From the NCBI GenBank assembly GCA_050015395.1, contig JBEKBM010000005.1:32001-96000 (forward strand): a DNA stretch of 64,000 nucleotides. Reading direction: 5' to 3'. The stretch is from Candidatus Bathyarchaeia archaeon. GTDB lineage: Archaea; Thermoproteota; Bathyarchaeia; Bathyarchaeales; Bathycorpusculaceae. Below are positions 38,786-47,398 of the stretch, one piece after another. Numbering within the stretch: the first letter of the stretch is position 1; every line of letters begins with the position of its first letter. The position numbers and the translations under genes were made by a program. The notes under the pieces were generated by a model, which did not search any database, was not told the DNA's origin, and worked only from the letters and a program-made list of their open reading frames with translations.

Positions 38786-39874
38786 TCACTCGTGCAGCCA
38801 TTCTATTAACTCATCTTGTCTATGATTCTTTCCAAATTTTCTCAAATCCTTAGGGGTAACATTATCAGATAGACCAATTTTCTCTGCACTATTATGTATG
38901 CGTTCTTCAATCTGTCTTGGGCTGATACATAGAAGCCTATTATCACTACTTGAAATGTTCTTCTCTATCAAAGGTTTAGCAATCTTGACAGTCTCTTCAT
39001 TAATGCTAATTATTTTGATATCAGTATGAAAATCATATGAACCTTTAGAATCTTGTCTAACGAATATTTTTCCCAAGCTCCTTACAGGGATAGGCTTTTC
39101 TAACAAAAGCAGTCTTATCAAAATCTTGTCTTTTAATGGGGCACTTTGGTATAATCTGATGACATCTTTAACACGCATTGGCTCGACATTTTTCTTAGCA
39201 ATAGCAATTTCTTTTTCAAATTTTAGCTTTTCAATTTTCATTTTGTTAGCTAACTCTTTTTCATTCTCATGTTCAAAATAACTAACTATTTGTCCTAAGT
39301 AATTGACAACCGTTTTCGGTAACTCTTTTTTAGACAATTTAGAAACAAAACGAGTAATATCTCTAATTTCAATATCTGAACTTGGGTTTTCTCGGGATAA
39401 GATATATTGTTGCCAATGTCTAAGAGAGGTTTCTGCTAATTTCTTTGAGGATGGTTTACTGTGGGCGTAGACTCTATCTAAATAATCCCTCATTCCCCCT
39501 GCTGTGATTTCGGGAAGCTCTGATTCACGCTTAAGCATTTTTCTTAATTCCTCTTTTTTCTTTTCATACTTCGGTTTTTCCACTTCGTAGACTTTTATTT
39601 CAGAAAGAATAGAACCATTTTTTTCACTTCGTTTCTTTAAAGATTCTTCATGGTCAGCCATGATATGGTCTAAAGCGATAGCCTGAGCCTTATCTTCGCC
39701 ATATATTTTCCCAAAAGTCTTGCCTACAAGAATTATAGTTTTTTCATCATGTCGAAATTCCCTATGGATACCAGCGTAGTGTCTTGCGGGTTCATCTAAC
39801 CAAATATGAATGTCTTTTCCTTCCACTCCATAGCGTTTCAATGAATGTTTACAATGTTCTTCGAGATTTGGCAT
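38786..39874 (-). CDS. His-rich N-terminal domain (DUF6915-like) fused to a degenerate tyrosine-recombinase fold
   Basis: EEHC...IHIWLD...HREFRH...DHIMAD; integrase core-binding-like LPKTVVNYLGQIVSYF; box II-like VTPKDLRK; no catalytic Tyr. Confidence 0.6.
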   Translation of the reverse strand: MPNLEEHCKHSLKRYGVEGKDIHIWLDEPARHYAGIHREFRHDEKTIILVGKTFGKIYGEDKAQAIALDHIMADHEESLKKRSEKNGSILSEIKVYEVEKPKYEKKKEELRKMLKRESELPEITAGGMRDYLDRVYAHSKPSSKKLAETSLRHWQQYILSRENPSSDIEIRDITRFVSKLSKKELPKTVVNYLGQIVSYFEHENEKELANKMKIEKLKFEKEIAIAKKNVEPMRVKDVIRLYQSAPLKDKILIRLLLLEKPIPVRSLGKIFVRQDSKGSYDFHTDIKIISINEETVKIAKPLIEKNISSSDNRLLCISPRQIEERIHNSAEKIGLSDNVTPKDLRKFGKNHRQDELIEWLHE

Positions 39875-39894
39875 TCAAATCAGTTCTTCTATTC

Positions 39895-39917
39895 TACGCT
39901 ATGCAGATTTAAGACTT
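39895..39917 (+). repeat. 23-bp direct repeat, copy 3
   Basis: TACGCTATGCAGATTTAAGACTT. Confidence 0.9.
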
Positions 39918-39957
39918 TTTACCATAGGAAAACTTGAGATGTGAGGCTTATTCTAAT

Positions 39958-40320
39958 TCAGCTTTTTATATATAATTTTCCACAATGTACACATTCGAGT
40001 GCATTAGCGATTTTTGTTGAGGGTTTAAAAGTACTTCCTCCACACTCCTCACAATCCACGGGTTTGAACCCCTCACCTTTCATAGCCAAGAACTTTTCTA
40101 TGATTTCTTTTGTAGAATATACTAATTTCAGACCTGAACCTTCTTTGAAAAATGCTATGCGCTTAATTTCTCTTTGAGGCGTGGGAGTACCTTCTGCCTT
40201 GATTAAAAAGACCTTGTGGTTATCTCGAAAAGACCCTCTGCCCTTAAAGTCTTTGTGAAGTCTGCCTTTGTAGGAAAATTCTTGGCAAAAAATTCTTTGT
40301 AAATTACTATAAAAAGCCAA
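39958..40320 (-). CDS. Hypothetical protein with C-terminal zinc ribbon
   Basis: CEECG...ECVHCG. Confidence 0.65.
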   Translation of the reverse strand: MAFYSNLQRIFCQEFSYKGRLHKDFKGRGSFRDNHKVFLIKAEGTPTPQREIKRIAFFKEGSGLKLVYSTKEIIEKFLAMKGEGFKPVDCEECGGSTFKPSTKIANALECVHCGKLYIKS

Positions 40321-40327
40321 AGAACGT

Positions 40328-41035
40328 TTAGAGTTCTTCTTTTTTGGCTTTATATTTCTTTAAGACTTCATCAATTGATTCTGTATCTTTGCTTTCCTTA
40401 AGAACTTGATATCCAATAGTCCAGTGCTTAAGAGATTCAGCTATCCTTGAAACGTCTCTTCTTATGGTTTCAAGAGATTTTCCCTCAGTTAATTCTAAAG
40501 CTTTAAACATATAAGAGAATGCTGCCGCTAACGGTTCCTCCTGATGTAACATTATCCATTTCTGTACTGTATCTTTGATTGCAAGCAATTCATCCAAAAG
40601 GTCCTCTTTTTCCATTTCTTGTTTACTTATCTTTTCAAGTTTATCGATCATAAACTTGCTAAAACCTACTGCTTCTAATCCCAGCGCCTTCTCGTAAGGG
40701 TCTTCGATAGTTTTAGTAATTTGGAGAATTTGCTCAGTATCTCTGACAGGAATTGTAATTCTGAGTTGATAATTTACAGGGTACTTTTCAAAGATAGTTT
40801 TAACTTCTTCAAGATTCCTTTGAGATATCTCTATTACACCATCGGTCAATTTTCGATGAGGTATTTTAGAAAGAAATCCATCTTTGTTTCTACCGTATAA
40901 TTCATCATGAAATTTAGTCTTAAGTTTGGCATCTTCTGAAGAGAGGCCATATATAATTATTATATTAGCCTTGGTTAATTTCTCGCATCCCTCTACTTGC
41001 ATCTTATTTGCATCTCTACTCGCATTTACTATCAT
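40328..41035 (-). CDS. Hypothetical protein, N-terminal Cas2/PaaX-like domain plus helical C-terminus
   Basis: IIIIY...KTKF..ELYG...G...KLTDGVIEI aligns without gaps to the C-terminus of 17577-18269. Confidence 0.65.
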   Translation of the reverse strand: MIVNASRDANKMQVEGCEKLTKANIIIIYGLSSEDAKLKTKFHDELYGRNKDGFLSKIPHRKLTDGVIEISQRNLEEVKTIFEKYPVNYQLRITIPVRDTEQILQITKTIEDPYEKALGLEAVGFSKFMIDKLEKISKQEMEKEDLLDELLAIKDTVQKWIMLHQEEPLAAAFSYMFKALELTEGKSLETIRRDVSRIAESLKHWTIGYQVLKESKDTESIDEVLKKYKAKKEEL

Positions 41036-41150
41036 AGTAGTAATTACTTGATTTTATATAAGTGTTTCATTGCAACACAAATAAAACTATTGTGTTTTCA
41101 ACAAGATATTTGGGCATCCTAAATGAACTTCCTTGACCCTTCTGTTTCAG

Positions 41151-41273
41151 CCATATCATGTAGTCATGTCTGTTTTGCGGGTGGCTGAACTGTAAGTGTC
41201 CGTTTTTGGCATGGGTGAATTGTTGTTTGATTGGCGGTTTAACACACCTGTAGCAGAGCGGGTTGCGTGGCAC
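41151..41273 (-). pseudogene. Remnant of viral terminase large-subunit C-terminal nuclease (copy 1)
   Basis: KNGHLQFSHPQNRHDYMIW, homologous to 42720-42877. Confidence 0.5.
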
Positions 41274-41398
41274 CCGAACTCTTTTGTTTCTCGGTTGAGA
41301 CGGTCAGAAGGCAAATGAAACATTAACTAAATCCGTCTACGTTTAGTAGAGCAAAAAGCGTTATATGCTAAAAAATTAATTAAGTTCTGAGAAAAGCA

Positions 41399-41559
41399 AT
41401 GACAATTGAAGTTGATTTAAAAGAAATAAAATCTCTACTTTCCGAAGTTAACAGCAAACTCATCCCTCAAGGATTTTCTTGAAGGGGAACCTGGCATTTA
41501 CTCGCTTAAAGACATCAAGGCAAAGGTAAACAGTAATTGAAGGAAAAAAGTTCTCATTC
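41399..41559 (+). pseudogene. Decayed duplicate of the 43062 antitoxin plus first codons of mazF
   Basis: Near-identical to 43062-43277 including upstream promoter, but with a net 53-nt frameshifting deletion. Confidence 0.85.
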
Positions 41560-41659
41560 AACATAAAGTCAAGCTTGCTTTTTAAAATTGGTTTGGGGCA
41601 ACAGTAATAGTTAAGTTGTACCTGCTGCAATGTACTACTTGAAAGGTTGAAGTTGAACT

Positions 41660-41890
41660 ATGGAAGAAGTGCTTGTAACCCGTAAAGGGCAAATTACGGT
41701 TCCTATTGCCTTGAGGCGCAAATATGGAATAAAAGAAGGCATGAAAATCACTGTCCAAGACTCAGGCTCAAGTATAGTCCTCAAAGTTGTGCCCAAGTTT
41801 GAAGATCTTATCGGTATAGATGCTGGAAAAAAAGATATCAAAAAAACGATAGAAAAGCTGGATAAAATGCGCTCCGAAGATAGATACTAA
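41660..41890 (+). CDS. vapB: AbrB/MazE/SpoVT antitoxin (VapB)
   Basis: VTRKGQITVPIALRRKYGIKEG; overlaps VapC start. Confidence 0.9.
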   Translation: MEEVLVTRKGQITVPIALRRKYGIKEGMKITVQDSGSSIVLKVVPKFEDLIGIDAGKKDIKKTIEKLDKMRSEDRY

Positions 41891-42294
41891 TGAAAGCCGT
41901 CATTGACACCCGATTCTTTATGACTAGTCTTGAGAGCAAGGACGCGCAATTCGAAAAATGGGCGAAAGCAACCCTACAAACACTTCAAACAAAAGCAAAC
42001 GTGGGTATTGTGCCATCGATAGTCATACACGAGTTCTATAAGCTTCAACTAGAAGACTCTGGCAAAGACATTGCAGAATTGCGAACAAGCTCCATTCTCA
42101 AATTAGACCTTGAAATTGCAGATCTTGGTGTACCAGTTGCAATCGAAGCTGCCAAACTCCGATGCAAATACACCGAGCTGCCAACAGCCGACGCCATAAT
42201 AGCAGCAACAGCAATTGCAATGTCCTGCGACTACGTCTTAACCGACGATAAACATATCAAACAAATTAAAGAAACCAAAACAAACTGGATCTAG
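41890..42294 (+). CDS. vapC: PIN-domain toxin VapC
   Basis: VIDTR, HEF, ADAIIAATA, TDDKH. Confidence 0.92.
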   Translation: MKAVIDTRFFMTSLESKDAQFEKWAKATLQTLQTKANVGIVPSIVIHEFYKLQLEDSGKDIAELRTSSILKLDLEIADLGVPVAIEAAKLRCKYTELPTADAIIAATAIAMSCDYVLTDDKHIKQIKETKTNWI

Positions 42295-42305
42295 GCGAGA
42301 ACGTT

Positions 42306-42518
42306 ATGACCTATAAAATCAAATATGATGATGACTCCGATGTGCTTACCATTGTTGTGAAAGAGAAAGGCAAGCTTTCACATGCTGAAGAGGTAGGCGA
42401 CATTATACTGCACGTTGATGACAAGGGTGAACCGCTTTTCTTAGAGATTCTTAGGGCCAGCAAGATAGTTCCGCTTATGGTTGAAGGCTTAGCGAAAAAA
42501 GAAGTAACCGTAGCCTAA
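42306..42518 (+). CDS. DUF2283 family protein
   Basis: IKYDDDSDVLTI...IILHVDDKGEPLFLEILRASK. Confidence 0.8.
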   Translation: MTYKIKYDDDSDVLTIVVKEKGKLSHAEEVGDIILHVDDKGEPLFLEILRASKIVPLMVEGLAKKEVTVA

Positions 42519-42524
42519 ACCAAA

Positions 42525-42611
42525 GCCGCTGACAACAATAAAATCAGAACCTGACCTCAAATAAGTCTTCTCTAAAGCTTCAAGTTCTCTTTCCCTATCA
42601 TAGAACTTCAT
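42525..42611 (-). pseudogene. 5' fragment of an archaeal AAA/STAND-type ATPase
   Basis: MKFYDRERELEALEKTYLRSGSDFIVVSG, similarity breaks at the start of Walker A. Confidence 0.7.
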
Positions 42612-42621
42612 GCATAGTCAC

Positions 42622-42658
42622 TTTATCCAATTTCAGGATAATCCTATAACTGGATAAA
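42622..42658. promoter_or_regulatory. 37-bp imperfect palindrome upstream of the ATPase fragment
   Basis: TTTATCCAATTTCAGGAT-A-ATCCTATAACTGGATAAA, 15 of 18 positions symmetric. Confidence 0.55.
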
Positions 42659-42719
42659 TCCTAAATAAACCATTCGCTAACGTTAGCATTAGTCTTGGCG
42701 AATTTCAGGACCAAAGTCG

Positions 42720-42877
42720 CTAAAAAGGCGTGGACAAAAAAGACTTTGCTTTGTCTGAATGTGGAAACATGGCAGCGCCTATACCTGAAGGGGGCATTTG
42801 CATGCTGCGTGCTACTGCTAAAGTTAGTGCCCATGTCATGTCGTCGTGGCTGTTTTGTGGGGGCTGAATTGTAGGCG
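42720..42877 (-). pseudogene. Remnant of viral terminase large-subunit C-terminal nuclease (copy 2)
   Basis: LQFS (frameshift) PQNSHDDMTWALTLAVA; HDD..WAL.LA is the typical TerL nuclease end motif. Confidence 0.6.
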
Positions 42878-43061
42878 TCACGTGGTCTCCAGAGGAGGAA
42901 ACGTCCGCGTTACAGCATGCGGCACACGACGTCTTTTATTTATAGATTTTGAGACGGGTTGGAAGGCAAACAAACCTTGTAAATGAAGTCTGTTATTCTT
43001 TATGTTTTGAAGAGCAATAAGTGTTATAAGCTAAAAAATTAATTAAGTTCTTAGAAAAGCA

Positions 43062-43256
43062 ATGACAATTGAAGTTGATTTAAAAGAAATAAAATCACTA
43101 CTTTCTGAGGTTAATAGCAAACTCGATTCGTTACTTGAAGAAAAAGACACCTGTGCGCTCATGACTTTGGAAGAGAAGTCGCTTAAGGATTTTCTTGAAG
43201 GGGAACCTGATATTTACTCGGTTAAAGATATCAAAGCAAAGGTTAAAGGTAATTGA
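43062..43256 (+). CDS. Putative antitoxin of MazF
   Basis: Acidic 64 aa, EKSLKDFLEGEPDIYS; overlaps toxin start. Confidence 0.75.
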   Translation: MTIEVDLKEIKSLLSEVNSKLDSLLEEKDTCALMTLEEKSLKDFLEGEPDIYSVKDIKAKVKGN

Positions 43257-43579
43257 AGGGAAAAATAGTTCTTATTCCTTTTCCGTTTACTGATTTAACT
43301 TCAACTAAGTTAAGGCCTGCACTTGTGTTATATGAAGGCGAAAAAGATGTTGTAGTAGCTTTCATTTCCTCAAGAATAACGAAGACAAGACCTGCTGATG
43401 TACTGATTGATGAGGGTCACTCAGAATTCAAGAAAACCGGACTCAAGTTATCATCAACTGTAAAACTTGACAAGATAGCAACAATCTCGAAAGAATTGAT
43501 TCTTGGAGAAATCGGCGAAATCGGTCCAAAACTTAAGAAAGAAATAAACAGCAAGATCTCAAAAACACTCATGCTCTAA
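43253..43579 (+). CDS. mazF: MazF/PemK family toxin
   Basis: GKIVLIPFPFTD...KLRPALV, TGLKLSSTVKLDKI. Confidence 0.92.
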   Translation: MKGKIVLIPFPFTDLTSTKLRPALVLYEGEKDVVVAFISSRITKTRPADVLIDEGHSEFKKTGLKLSSTVKLDKIATISKELILGEIGEIGPKLKKEINSKISKTLML

Positions 43580-43645
43580 ATCAAGCGTTTATTTGTGCAT
43601 TTTTGGTGAAAAGTCTTTTTAGCTTCATCTGCACACTACTGCATT

Positions 43646-43711
43646 ATGCCATCTTTAAAAAAGAAGAATGCTGCGAAAAAAGCAAAGCATGAAGCAAAAA
43701 CGGGCAAGTAA
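43646..43711 (+). CDS. Possible 21-aa Lys/Ala-rich peptide
   Basis: MPSLKKKNAAKKAKHEAKTGK; TATA-like TTTTTA about 25 nt upstream, T-rich tract downstream. Confidence 0.35.
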   Translation: MPSLKKKNAAKKAKHEAKTGK

Positions 43712-43768
43712 GATAGCTCCCATTTTATTCTCTCTGCTGTTAGAGTCTGGCGATAGATTAAGTTTTGT

Positions 43769-44020
43769 TTAGCACCATTTTGTTTTAAGGTTCTCTATTT
43801 CTTTAAAGTGATTATCATCTGAAAAAAGAGAGCATTCATAAATTTGAGCTGTGGCTGCGATTACGCTGTCAGCCATTGGCATCTTGTGCTGGGTCCTTAT
43901 TTCCGCGCTTTTCACTGCAGTTTTATAATCGACACCAACAATTTTGAAGTCACGCTTTATGGTGTTGCTTCTTAAGGCCGCAACATCCTTGCCTTCTCTC
44001 TTACGAAAAGTATTGCCAAA
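43769..44020 (-). pseudogene. 5'-truncated VapC/PIN toxin
   Basis: ...EGKDVAALRS...MPMADSVIAATAQ...SDDNHFKEIENLKTKWC; homologous to 41890-42294; in-frame stop upstream, N-terminal half absent. Confidence 0.8.
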
Positions 44021-44505
44021 CTATTGGTTTACGAAGGCTATAAATGTCGTCTCAAGAAAAACCGAACTTAAATGGAAATTTTAAAGTGAAGGACGGGATG
44101 TCGCGAAAGCATCCTCGCAGGCTAATGCTTGCCTGCTTGTCTATTAGGCTCTTCTAGATGTCCCTATTATGCTCCCAGAGCAGTTTACCCCTGTTTCCGC
44201 CATTTGTCCCCAACCAATCCAGCTGCGTTTCAAGCCCTAAACTATAAAAGCAACCCAAAGCAATCCCTTCCAAAAAACTGCTGACCTATAGACCTACTCT
44301 ACTATTTGTGCAAAAATTTTGCCACAAAAAGCAAACAAAAGCAAGAAATTCTCTAGATAAAACCTCAAAACCAAGTCGAGGCGCATTTTGAAACATAAAA
44401 ACTTTGAAGCGTTCGGAAACTGAAATTTGCTTTTAATAGGAAAGGTTTTTAGTTTGGTTATTATATGAGACTGTGAAAAGTGTATAGTAAAGTGAGGTTA
44501 ACATT

Positions 44506-45234
44506 ATGTCAGTGTTTGCAGCACCAGGAGCATATGACCGTGCGATAACCGTTTTCTCGCCTGACGGACGACTCTTCCAAGTCGAATACGCAATGGAGTT
44601 AGTCAACCGTGGAGCCACCATTTTAGGCATCCAGAGTCCAGAAGGACTTGTTCTTGGTTCAGAAGAAAATATAGAGACCCTTGAAGAAGCAGGTTACTCA
44701 TGGAAAATCTTCAGGGTAGACGACCACATCGGCGCAGCAATAGTGGGTTTAAGCTCAGACGCCAGAATACTCATCGACCAAGCAAGAATATACGCTCAAA
44801 GTAACAAATTAACCTATGATGAACCCATAGATGTAGAAGTCGTAACCAAACGCATCTGTGACATCCAACAAATGTACACGCAGCATGCCGGTGTCAGACC
44901 CTTCGGAGTTTCAATAATTTTCGGAGGAGTCGACAAAACAGGAACAAGAGTTTTCGGGACACATCCAAGCGGAACCTACAGAGGATACAAAGCTACGGCC
45001 TTAGGCGCAGGACGAGAAACTGTCGTATCAGTTCTAAAGGAAGAATACCGTGAAGACTTGACTTTAGAAAAAGGCATTAAACTCGCAGTAAAATGCTTAG
45101 TTAAAGCCCTAGACGCAAGGCAGTTGCCTGCAAGAATAAAGATTGCGGTCATACCTGTTGCAACCAATAAAATGGAAATGTTAAGTGACGACGCTGTAGA
45201 AGGCTACATCAAAGAGCTGGGTTCAAGCAAGTGA
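44506..45234 (+). CDS. psmA: Proteasome subunit alpha
   Basis: YDRAITVFSPDGRLFQVEYA, GVRPFG. Confidence 0.98.
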   Translation: MSVFAAPGAYDRAITVFSPDGRLFQVEYAMELVNRGATILGIQSPEGLVLGSEENIETLEEAGYSWKIFRVDDHIGAAIVGLSSDARILIDQARIYAQSNKLTYDEPIDVEVVTKRICDIQQMYTQHAGVRPFGVSIIFGGVDKTGTRVFGTHPSGTYRGYKATALGAGRETVVSVLKEEYREDLTLEKGIKLAVKCLVKALDARQLPARIKIAVIPVATNKMEMLSDDAVEGYIKELGSSK

Positions 45235-45241
45235 AAACTCG

Positions 45242-45931
45242 ATGAGTGAAAAGTTCACCGTTGCACGTTTAACAAAAGAAAACGAGCATTTTGAAATCCT
45301 AGTTAAACCTCAAAAAGCACTGGATTACCGCAACGGCAAAATCGCGGGAATAACAGAAGTTTTAGCGGCTGAAATCATTTTCTCTGACGCAAACAAAGGC
45401 ACCAAAGTTTCCGAAGAAGCAATGCACAAAGCCTTCGGAACCACAGACCCATTAAAAGTTGCTGATACGATACTGAAGAAAGGAACGCTTCAACTTACAA
45501 CTGAACAAAGACGTAAAATGGTCGAAGACAAGAGAAGACAAATAATTGATTTCATTTCAAGACAGGCAGTTGACCCAAAAACGAATCTGCCGCATCCTCC
45601 AATGCGCATAGAGAATGCGATGGAGCAAATCCGTTACTCAATTGACCCATACAAGCCAGTGGAAGAACAAGCCAGAGACATAGTAAAACTGTTGCGGCCG
45701 ATTTTGCCCTTAAAGATAGAGCAAGTAACAGTCGCAGTGAAGATACCCGCCCAATACTCAGCAAGAGCTTACGGGTCAGTCAAAACTTTGGGTACCATAA
45801 AACGGGAAGAATGGCGTGGAGACGGCTCATGGTATGGTGAGATAGAATTGCCTGCTGGATCATACGCCTCGTTGCTAAACAAACTTGGCGACGTAACTAA
45901 GGGAAGTGGAGAAGCAAAAATAATCTCTTAA
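45242..45931 (+). CDS. sbds: Ribosome maturation factor SBDS/Sdo1
   Basis: FEILV, FGTTD, LQLTTEQRR, PHPP.RIE. Confidence 0.96.
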   Translation: MSEKFTVARLTKENEHFEILVKPQKALDYRNGKIAGITEVLAAEIIFSDANKGTKVSEEAMHKAFGTTDPLKVADTILKKGTLQLTTEQRRKMVEDKRRQIIDFISRQAVDPKTNLPHPPMRIENAMEQIRYSIDPYKPVEEQARDIVKLLRPILPLKIEQVTVAVKIPAQYSARAYGSVKTLGTIKREEWRGDGSWYGEIELPAGSYASLLNKLGDVTKGSGEAKIIS

Positions 45932-45945
45932 AAAAATAAAATTGG

Positions 45946-46668
45946 ATGGTGAAAATTATGCCAATGTTCTTTGAAAAAAAACAGCTTGTGACGCCAGGAG
46001 AATTGCTTGCTGAAGGCGATTATTTAGCTGGCGAAAACACATACATGGAACAGAACAAGATTTACGCCTCAAGAATCGGGCTTGTAGATACCGACAATAA
46101 AAAAGTAAATGTTGTTGCACTTAGGGCTTTTTATGTGCCTAAAATGGGTGATATTGTGATTGGTTCAGTCGTGGAAGTTGGATTTAACGGCTGGACAGTT
46201 GATATTAAATCACCCTACACAGCGCTCCTGCGTGCATCAGACGTTTTAAGCAGGCCCTTCAAGCCTCAAAGCGACGAGTTATCGCAAGTTTTAAACGCTG
46301 GCGACTTAATTGTCGCAAAAATCGCTTCGTATGACAGAGCTCACGACCCACAGCTTACTGTTGGAGAGCCAGGGTTAGGAAAAATAACTCGAGGGCAAAT
46401 TCTTCATGTGACGCCTACAAAGATTCCTCGTATAATCGGTAGAAAAGGCTCAATGATTTCTATGATAAAACAGGAAACAGGTTGCCAAATTATTCTGGGG
46501 CTTAACGGTGTCATCTTAGTCACTGGGAAAAACCTTGAGGACGAGGAACTTGCCATAACGGCGATTAAAAAGATTGAGGAAGAATCCCACACAAGTGGCC
46601 TCACAGATCGCATAACACAGTTACTTAAAGAAAGTAAAGGTAAAGTGGAGGAAAATAAGAATGAATGA
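45946..46668 (+). CDS. rrp4: Exosome RNA-binding subunit Rrp4
   Basis: [16 protein letters not shown] (S1), [13 protein letters not shown]. Confidence 0.96.
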   Translation: MVKIMPMFFEKKQLVTPGELLAEGDYLAGENTYMEQNKIYASRIGLVDTDNKKVNVVALRAFYVPKMGDIVIGSVVEVGFNGWTVDIKSPYTALLRASDVLSRPFKPQSDELSQVLNAGDLIVAKIASYDRAHDPQLTVGEPGLGKITRGQILHVTPTKIPRIIGRKGSMISMIKQETGCQIILGLNGVILVTGKNLEDEELAITAIKKIEEESHTSGLTDRITQLLKESKGKVEENKNE

Positions 46669-47398
46669 AAAACCTGAAAAATTAATTGATAAAAAAGGTA
46701 TTAGATTAGATGGTAGAAAAGCAGATGAACTTCGCCCCCTAAAGCTTCAAGTCGGCGTTTTATCACACGCTGATGGATCAGCCTATATTGAACATGGAAA
46801 AAACAAGATTTTAGCCGCGGCTTTCGGTCCAAGAGAGATGCATCCAAAGCACCTATCATTGCCAGACCGTATGGTTTTGCGGTGCCGTTATCATATGGCT
46901 CCATTTTCAGTGCAGGAACGTAAATCACCTGCGCCTTCAAGAAGGGAAGTAGAGCTATCTAAAGTGATAAAGGAATGTTTGGAGCCAGCCTTGTTCTTGG
47001 AGCTTTATCCACGGACAGGCGTGGATGTTTTCGTTGAGGTGCTGCAGGCTGACGGTGGAACACGTTGTGCAAGCATTACTGCTGCTGCACTAGCTATTGC
47101 TGACGCTGGTGTTCCAATGCGTGATTTGGTGGTTGCTTGCGCTGCTGGAAAAATTGATGACACTGTTGTTTTGGACTTGTATGATGCTGAGGACAAGCTT
47201 GGCGCCGCGGATGTTCCAGTAGCTTATATGCCTAGTTTAAATGCGGTTACTCTGCTTCAGATGGATGGCAACCTTACACCTGAAGAATTTGAGAAAGCAA
47301 TGAATATGGCGATTGATGGGTGCAAGAAAATCTATGAAATGCAGAAGGAAGCGTTAAAAACTAAGTACATGATTGTTAAGGAGGAGGCTGAAGAGTAA
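46661..47398 (+). CDS. rrp41: Exosome core subunit Rrp41
   Basis: [31 protein letters not shown]. Confidence 0.97.
   Translation: MNEKPEKLIDKKGIRLDGRKADELRPLKLQVGVLSHADGSAYIEHGKNKILAAAFGPREMHPKHLSLPDRMVLRCRYHMAPFSVQERKSPAPSRREVELSKVIKECLEPALFLELYPRTGVDVFVEVLQADGGTRCASITAAALAIADAGVPMRDLVVACAAGKIDDTVVLDLYDAEDKLGAADVPVAYMPSLNAVTLLQMDGNLTPEEFEKAMNMAIDGCKKIYEMQKEALKTKYMIVKEEAEE

Noticed and set aside
38130-39917. CRISPR array or attC interpretation of the 23-bp repeats
   Set aside because: Spacers are 0.6-1.1 kb genes, there are no cas genes, and no RYYYAAC/GTTRRRY hairpin structure.
41067-41273. 68-aa ORF as an intact gene
   Set aside because: Better explained as a decayed terminase fragment; its homologue near 42.8 kb is frameshifted.
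44090-44140. Fluoride riboswitch (GCTAATG...CCTGC)
   Set aside because: The 5' GGnGATGG/P1 and pseudoknot elements do not fit, and no fluoride-related gene follows.
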